Shown here: positions 58,437 through 64,000 of the stretch, piece by piece | Layout: every line of letters begins with the position of its first letter | How positions within the stretch are numbered: the first letter of the stretch is position 1 | From: Treponemataceae bacterium | GTDB lineage: Bacteria > Spirochaetota > Spirochaetia > Treponematales > Rectinemataceae | Assembly: GCA_963678065.2 (NCBI GenBank) | Contig: CAXXVZ010000004.1 | Coordinates: 224,001-288,000, forward strand | Direction of reading: 5' to 3' | DNA length: 64,000 nt | The notes under the pieces: model-generated | The model's database searches: none | What the model was told of the DNA's origin: nothing | What the model saw: the letters and a program-made list of their open reading frames with translations, nothing else | Position numbers and translations under genes: made by a program

Positions 58437-59580
58437 CGTCGCGCCCCAGGCTTCGCAAGGATTTGGCATTGATTCCGACGACGATGATGAAGATGGCGCC
58501 GCGTATCATGTCCTGTGAGAATGTCCCGATACCGAGAAGGGTCATGATGTTGTTCATCATGCCGATGACGAGGGCGCCGCCGAGGACGCCTACGATGGAG
58601 CCGCGGCCGCCCGCGAGGGTCATGCCGCCGATGACGATGGCGGTGACCGCCTTGAAGTCGTAGCCAGCGCCGTTGTACCAGGCTCCGACGCGTCCGAGCG
58701 AGGTCACCGTGAGTCCGCCTATCGTCGCCGCGAAGGCGGAGATGACGAAGGCCGCGCCTATGATCCTCTCGACGTTGATGCCCGAATATTTGGCCGTCCG
58801 TTTGGCCGAGCCCGTCAGCTTGAGGCGCGCGCCGAAGACGGTCTTTCCGAGCACGAATTGTCCCGCGACGACCATGGCGACGAGCATGATGACGGGGAGA
58901 CCGACGATGTCGAATAACCTGTAGCGGAAAATGCCGTCGAACATCCTGTTGGTCCACTCGCTCGCGCCCGTCATGTCGGGGTAGATCTGCTTGTTGACCC
59001 AGACGAGGCGGATTACGCCCATGGTCACGTAGTTCATCGCGAGGGTCCAGATGATGGGGTTCGCGCCGAACTTGCCTACGACGAGGCCGTTCACGAGACC
59101 GATGAAGAGGCCGACCGCGAGGGCGAGGGCTATGGCGGGCCAGAAGCCGTATTTCAGCATCTGGATGCAGACGATGCCGGTGAGGGCCATCGTCGTCGGG
59201 ACGGACATGTCGGAGAAGTTGCCCGAATACGTGACGAAGGCGATGCCGACGGCGACGATGCCGAGCATGGCCACTGCGTCGACGATGTTCATCATGTTCT
59301 GTGCGGACAGGAATCCCCGGATAACGCCCGTCGCCTGGAGAACACCGCCCAGCGCGAGGAAGAGGATCGCGATGCCGTATATGCCGGCCGTGCTGACGAT
59401 CCTTCCCATGCGGTTCGAACCCGTGGAGCGCAGATCCACTGCGCCCGGGGCCGCCGCGCCGGCCGGCGCGGCCTTCGCCTTTGCCGGCGCGGCCTTTGTC
59501 TTCGCCTTTGCCGGCGCGGCCTTTGTCTTCGCCTTCGCCGCCCTGCCCCGCGAGGCACCAGAGGAGGTTTTTGCAGCCAT
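58429..59580 (-). CDS. Monosaccharide ABC transporter permease with Lys/Ala-rich N-terminal tail
   Basis: TGATG coupling at 59580. IIWTLA and VIGGMTLAGGRG motifs. Confidence 0.9.
   Translation of the reverse strand: MAAKTSSGASRGRAAKAKTKAAPAKAKTKAAPAKAKAAPAGAAAPGAVDLRSTGSNRMGRIVSTAGIYGIAILFLALGGVLQATGVIRGFLSAQNMMNIVDAVAMLGIVAVGIAFVTYSGNFSDMSVPTTMALTGIVCIQMLKYGFWPAIALALAVGLFIGLVNGLVVGKFGANPIIWTLAMNYVTMGVIRLVWVNKQIYPDMTGASEWTNRMFDGIFRYRLFDIVGLPVIMLVAMVVAGQFVLGKTVFGARLKLTGSAKRTAKYSGINVERIIGAAFVISAFAATIGGLTVTSLGRVGAWYNGAGYDFKAVTAIVIGGMTLAGGRGSIVGVLGGALVIGMMNNIMTLLGIGTFSQDMIRGAIFIIVVGINAKSLRSLGRDDA
59462..59535 (-). repeat. 27-bp tandem repeat encoding KAKTKAAPA
   Basis: CTTCGCCTTTGCCGGCGCGGCCTTTGT at 59473 and 59500, with partial flanking copies. 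Confidence 0.9.
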
Positions 59581-61085
59581 CACCTGCCCCCTTCGCCGTT
59601 GGCCGCGAGCAGAACCGATTCCTCGGAGCACTCTTCGTACTTCATCTCGCGGGTGAACCTTCCGTTGCACATGATCATGACCCTGTCGGAGAGGCCGACG
59701 AGTTCGGGCAGATCCGAAGAGATGAGGATGACCGAGGTTCCGGCCCGCGCGAGCTTTTCGATCGACTGGTGGATGATCATCTTGGCGCCGATGTCGACGC
59801 CGCGGGTCGGTTCGTCCAGAATGAGAACCTTGGGTGAACTCGCGAGCCACTTCGCGAGGAGTACCTTCTGCTGGTTGCCGCCCGAGAGGTTGCCGACGGT
59901 CCGCGAAGGATCGGGCGGGTAGATGGCGAGTTCCTTTATGAGCGAGTCGACCGTGGTCCCACCCGCGCGCTTCGAGTAGACGGAGAATTTCGAGAGGCGG
60001 TGGATAATGGGCGAAAGAATGTTGTCGTCGACGGCGAGCCTGAGGGCGAGCCCTTCGACCTTGCGGTCCTCGGTAAGGTAGGCGATGCCCTCGTCGACGC
60101 GCGAGGCCATCGAGCGGCCTTTTACCCGCTTTCCATCCAGCTCGACCGCGCCTTCGTCGGCCCGGTCGAGGCCGACGAGTACGCGGGCCAGCTCCGAGCG
60201 GCCGGCTCCCGACAGGCCGCAGATACCCATGATTTCGCCGCGCCTGACCTCGAAGCTGACATCGTGGAAGAAGCCGTAGCGCGTCAGCTTCGCGACCTTG
60301 AAGCGGGATGGACCGATGGCGCGCTTGTCGCGGTTGTAGAATTCCTTGACAGAGCGGCCGACCATCATCTGGACGATCTCTTCCCGCGTGACTTCGACGA
60401 TCTCCTTCGTGGCTACCTTCTTTCCGTCGCGCATCACCGTGACGCGGTCGGCTATCCTGAAGATCTCCGGAAGATGGTGCGAAATGAAAACGATGGCGAG
60501 ACCCCGCTTCCTGAGAGTGTCGATGATTCCGAATAACCTCTCGACTTCCTCGCGGGAGAGCGCGCTCGTGGGTTCGTCCATGACGAGAATGCAGGGTTTC
60601 GTTCCGAGGACCTTCGCGATTTCGACGAGCTGGGCCTCGTGCTGGCTGATGTCCTCTATGGGAAGTCCCGGGTCGAGTTCGAGGCCGACCGAAGCGAGGA
60701 GACGTCTGGCCTCGGCATCGGCGGCCGCGCGGTCGAGAAGCCCGCGTTTTTTCGGAAGCCTGCCTGCGAGAAGATTCTCAGTGATGCTGATGGGCCTCGC
60801 GAGACTCAGCTCCTGGTAGATCATTCCGATGCCGTATTTTCGGGCCTCGGAGGGAGAGTGCAGGAGAACCTTCTTGTCGTTGATGAAGATGTCTCCGGTG
60901 TAGTCGTCGAATGATCCGGCGAGCATCTTCATGAGGGTCGATTTGCCCGCCCCGTTTTCCCCGACGAGGGCGTGCACTTCGCCCGCGTAAACCTGGAAGG
61001 TGACGTTGTCGACGGCTATCGTTCCCGGATAGCGTTTGCCGACTCCTTTCATCTCCAGCGCGACCCCTATCTCGTGTTCGCTCAC
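59580..61085 (-). CDS. Monosaccharide ABC transporter ATP-binding protein (RbsA-like, two ATPase domains)
   Basis: GTGA overlap at 61085. GENGAGKST, MDEPT, LSGGNQQK and LDEPTRG motifs. Confidence 0.95.
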   Translation of the reverse strand: MSEHEIGVALEMKGVGKRYPGTIAVDNVTFQVYAGEVHALVGENGAGKSTLMKMLAGSFDDYTGDIFINDKKVLLHSPSEARKYGIGMIYQELSLARPISITENLLAGRLPKKRGLLDRAAADAEARRLLASVGLELDPGLPIEDISQHEAQLVEIAKVLGTKPCILVMDEPTSALSREEVERLFGIIDTLRKRGLAIVFISHHLPEIFRIADRVTVMRDGKKVATKEIVEVTREEIVQMMVGRSVKEFYNRDKRAIGPSRFKVAKLTRYGFFHDVSFEVRRGEIMGICGLSGAGRSELARVLVGLDRADEGAVELDGKRVKGRSMASRVDEGIAYLTEDRKVEGLALRLAVDDNILSPIIHRLSKFSVYSKRAGGTTVDSLIKELAIYPPDPSRTVGNLSGGNQQKVLLAKWLASSPKVLILDEPTRGVDIGAKMIIHQSIEKLARAGTSVILISSDLPELVGLSDRVMIMCNGRFTREMKYEECSEESVLLAANGEGGR

Positions 61086-62329
61086 TTCGCGCTCCCGTTG
61101 AATTGTGCGATCGCATCGTACATCGCGATGATGTTGGCGGGCGGGACATCGGGCAGGATGTTGTGGACCGTGTTGAACACGAATCCGCCGCCGGCCGAGA
61201 ATATTTCGAGCCTGCGCTTCACCTGCTCCGCGACCTGCGCGGGTGAGCCTGAATTGAGCACCTCGCGCGTGTCGACGCCGCCGCCCCAGAAACAGATATC
61301 TTTCCCGAATTCTTTTTTGAGTTTTTCCGGCCCCATGTCCTTCGCGTTCGTCTGGACCGGATTGAGAATGTCGTAGCCCACATCGATGAGGTCGGGCATG
61401 AGGCTGTAGAGCGATCCGCATGAATGAAGGAAGGTCTTCATGGAGCTGTGCTTCTTCACGTAGGCCACGAGTTCGGCGTGACGGGGCTTGAAGAGGCTCC
61501 GGTAGGTATCCGGGTTCATGAAGGGCCCCCCGTCGTGGCCGAGATCGTCCCCGAAGCGGATGATGTCGGCCACGTCGCCGACGGCCTCGCAGACCTTCTC
61601 CAGAGTCGCGAGGTGGCTCTCCATGAGGGCGTCCAGAAGCCGACCGACCTCTTCGGGCTCGCACAGGAGGTCCATGAGGAAATTGTCGATGCGCCGGAGG
61701 AAGGTCCCCCACTCGAAGAGGTTGCAGCCGGCGACGATCACGAGGGCGCGGTCGGACTTCGCCTTGAGCGCGAGCGCACGGGCGCGGAGATCCGCCCAGA
61801 AGTCATCGGCGGCGGCGTGATTCCAGGGCGAGTGCACGAGGGCGGACCAGAGAACCGCGCCCATCGCCTCTGGCAGGCCGGAATACTCGGCGGGATAGCC
61901 TTCCAGGTATGGAAAGCAGCGCTGGTCGTAGAAGGTCGCGCCCGCAGGCCGCTCGGCGATGAGCCGGCCAGAGCGATCGCAGGCGTAGAAGGAATCGCCG
62001 CGCCGCACCGGCTTGAACCAGGCCGGGTACTGCACCTTCCAGCCGCCGGGAAGCTCGATGTCGCTCCAGTCCGAGGGACTTTCGTCGAAGGCGCGCCCTA
62101 TGTCGACCACATCCACGCCGAAGCGGCCTAAGGCCCAGTCGTCGGGCTGGGCGAGTTCCTGCACGACGTCGTAGACTTTCACGGGCAGGTCGGAGTGTCC
62201 CAACTCGGCCGCGAGGCGCGAATAGGCGATCGCCGAGATGCCGGAGCTCGGCGTGGCTCCGAGGTCGACCGGAACTTTGTCCGGCTCCCGGTGCTCCACG
62301 GCCGAGAGGATGCGTTCGCGGGAAGTCAT
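61082..62329 (-). CDS. URO-D/MtaA-family cobamide methyltransferase
   Basis: MTSRER..PDKVPVD, FGDDLG, HSCG, NPVQ, FWGGGVDT and NTVHNI motifs. Confidence 0.88.
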   Translation of the reverse strand: MTSRERILSAVEHREPDKVPVDLGATPSSGISAIAYSRLAAELGHSDLPVKVYDVVQELAQPDDWALGRFGVDVVDIGRAFDESPSDWSDIELPGGWKVQYPAWFKPVRRGDSFYACDRSGRLIAERPAGATFYDQRCFPYLEGYPAEYSGLPEAMGAVLWSALVHSPWNHAAADDFWADLRARALALKAKSDRALVIVAGCNLFEWGTFLRRIDNFLMDLLCEPEEVGRLLDALMESHLATLEKVCEAVGDVADIIRFGDDLGHDGGPFMNPDTYRSLFKPRHAELVAYVKKHSSMKTFLHSCGSLYSLMPDLIDVGYDILNPVQTNAKDMGPEKLKKEFGKDICFWGGGVDTREVLNSGSPAQVAEQVKRRLEIFSAGGGFVFNTVHNILPDVPPANIIAMYDAIAQFNGSAK

Positions 62330-63612
62330 CAGGCTTTGCCCACCTGGCCGGCATCGACGACATCACCGGCGGCGCCCGATGCATCGCCGGACGGACCGCC
62401 CGCGGCGAAGGCCCCGCGCCCGGCCGATTTTCCGGCGCGGAACAGGTCCATCTCGGGCATGTCGTACTCGCCGAGCTCGAGAGGATATTTTCCGTATTTC
62501 TTCACGAGATCGACGACGAAGCCGTAGCGCTCGGCCGAGACATTGCTCGGCACCGAGTGGTCGGACTGCACGATGTAGCCGCCGCCCTTGGCCGCGTTGA
62601 GCTTTCGCATAACCTGGGCTTTCAGCTCGTCCAGGGAGGCGTTCGCCCAGGCGAGAGCGTCGATATTGCCGCAGAAACCCATCTCGTGGCCGTACTGCTT
62701 GCGGATTTCGACGACATCGAGGCCGGACTTGGCCTCCAGGGGATTGTAGGCGTCGAGGCCTATCTCGATGAAATCGTCGTAGATCATAGTCGCGTTGCCG
62801 CAGCCGTGGTAGATGACGGGGATGCCTGCATCGTGGCAGACTCTGATCTGCTCCTTCACGATGGGCTTGAAATGCTCGCGCCAGAATACCGGCGAAAAGA
62901 GCATGCCGTTGCGGTAGGCCACGTCGCCCCAGATGACCATGCCGTCGAGCATGCCGTCCGCGGCCTTTATCTGGGCCTTCGTCATCTCGGCGAGGAAGCT
63001 GCCGACCCTCTCTATGAAGGCGCCCAGCTCATCGGGATACAGGCCCATCCACATGAAGGTGTTCTCGCTGCCGATGATGCGCCAGAGCTGCTCGTGACCC
63101 TCGCAGATCGAGCCGTAGACGGGGAAATCGGGATGAATGCTCTTGACGGTGTCGATCCAGGCGGGGGAATTGCGGGTGATGACGTCGCCCACGCCGGCGA
63201 GCTGGTTGTCGCCGGCACAGAAGTAGCGCCTGTCGTCCCAGGGATCGTCGAACTGGAAGGCCTCCATCTTCTCGATCGAGTCCGTGCCGAAGGACTCGAA
63301 GTAGGGCATCTGCGTGCCGAGCTTCTTGCGGATGACGGCCTCGTACCCGGTCCTGAGGATGATGTCGTCCTCGTGCTCGGAGAGGATTTCGAAGGGTTTG
63401 ATGTGCGGGTCCATGTTCGGGGTCGTGGATACCCAGTCGAGGTCGTAGTAGCGGTAGACGTCCACGTCGTCCGCGAGCCCGAGCTCCTTTCTCCATCGCT
63501 GGATGAAGGTCGTCCAGAAAAAATCGCTCACGGGAACCCTGTCCGCCTCTTCGTGGCGCAGGGTCGCGTTCATCCTTTCGAGCTTCTGCAGGCACTTCTC
63601 GGTTCTCTTCAT
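62329..63612 (-). CDS. URO-D/MtaA-family cobamide methyltransferase
   Basis: DRVP, WGDVAY, YHGCG, NPLEAK, CGNID and QSDHSVP motifs. TGATG coupling to the next gene. Confidence 0.88.
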   Translation of the reverse strand: MKRTEKCLQKLERMNATLRHEEADRVPVSDFFWTTFIQRWRKELGLADDVDVYRYYDLDWVSTTPNMDPHIKPFEILSEHEDDIILRTGYEAVIRKKLGTQMPYFESFGTDSIEKMEAFQFDDPWDDRRYFCAGDNQLAGVGDVITRNSPAWIDTVKSIHPDFPVYGSICEGHEQLWRIIGSENTFMWMGLYPDELGAFIERVGSFLAEMTKAQIKAADGMLDGMVIWGDVAYRNGMLFSPVFWREHFKPIVKEQIRVCHDAGIPVIYHGCGNATMIYDDFIEIGLDAYNPLEAKSGLDVVEIRKQYGHEMGFCGNIDALAWANASLDELKAQVMRKLNAAKGGGYIVQSDHSVPSNVSAERYGFVVDLVKKYGKYPLELGEYDMPEMDLFRAGKSAGRGAFAAGGPSGDASGAAGDVVDAGQVGKA

Positions 63613-63670
63613 CGCGTTTCGTCCTTATTCTTCGCCATTCTTCGCCGCACGCGCGTTCATCCCCGCGCGC

Positions 63671-63994
63671 TCAGTCCTGGTGAAAGACTTCTTCCATGGT
63701 GGACCACCATTCGCCCTCGGCCCTGTTCGCGACAGGCTCCTGCATCGGCATCATGATGTCCCACCATTCCTGTGTTTTTTTGTCGGCGGCCATTCTGGCC
63801 ATATCGGCGGCGAAATCGCTGCCCGTGTACTCGAAATACGCGAAGAGCGTGCCGTCTTTGTGGTATATGGAATAATTTTTGATATTGCAGGCGCTGATCA
63901 TGGCGGCGACCTCGGGCCACACCGAAGCGTGAAATTTCTTGTATTTCTCCAGTACACCGGGCTTTATACCAATTATCTGACCGTAGCGAACCAT
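63671..63994 (-). CDS. rhaM: L-rhamnose mutarotase-family protein
   Basis: YKKFHASVWPEV, NYSIY, LFAYFEY, TQEWW and MEEVFH motifs. Confidence 0.9.
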   Translation of the reverse strand: MVRYGQIIGIKPGVLEKYKKFHASVWPEVAAMISACNIKNYSIYHKDGTLFAYFEYTGSDFAADMARMAADKKTQEWWDIMMPMQEPVANRAEGEWWSTMEEVFHQD

Positions 63995-64000
63995 GGCGAC

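Noticed and set aside
28012..63612. hemE (true uroporphyrinogen decarboxylase) for the three URO-D-fold genes
   Set aside because: They lack the N-terminal RQAGR motif of HemE, and their context is corrinoid and sugar genes rather than tetrapyrrole synthesis.
1..64000. CRISPR array, tRNA, rRNA, transposase, integrase or prophage
   Set aside because: I saw no repeat-spacer periodicity, cloverleaf, rRNA-like tract or mobile-element protein motif by eye. The tandem repeats found are short and inside coding sequence.

Overview
A 64-kb, GC-rich, gene-dense chromosomal window with about 50 CDS. I saw no rRNA, tRNA, CRISPR array or transposase. Gene content points to an anaerobic, saccharolytic bacterium, probably a free-living spirochaete; this is an inference from the FSPxxDG/FlgD-Ig/OmpA lipoprotein, the long ATP-PFK and the transporter repertoire. 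Central metabolism: pfk and an acn-icd-gltA operon. Carbohydrate uptake and catabolism: an IclR/TRAP/aldolase sugar-acid cluster, rhamnose genes (class II aldolase, rhaA, rhaM) and a GH3/esterase/ABC cluster. Other modules: a flippase-GNAT fusion with a second GNAT, a DEAD-box helicase and an AtuA/LysR module. Three candidate novel systems stand out. (1) A histidine kinase carrying a C-terminal FeeM/LuxI-like acyltransferase domain, divergent from a REC-HD-GYP phosphodiesterase and a D-cysteine desulfhydrase-like enzyme; this resembles an RpfF/C/G-style circuit with the synthase fused to the sensor. (2) A UbiA prenyltransferase-cydA-cydB::rubredoxin-FAD monooxygenase operon. (3) Dispersed corrinoid methyltransferase machinery (corrinoid protein, RACo activator, CobW, three URO-D/MtaA-family proteins) linked to a sugar ABC transporter and rhamnose mutarotase, suggesting cobamide-dependent O-demethylation of methyl-sugars. 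Smaller observations: a matB gene with an in-frame deletion, a Ser-to-Trp pseudo-esterase, several apparently leaderless genes and an IS200/IS605-end-like hairpin. All product calls come from motif recognition; no database searches were run.
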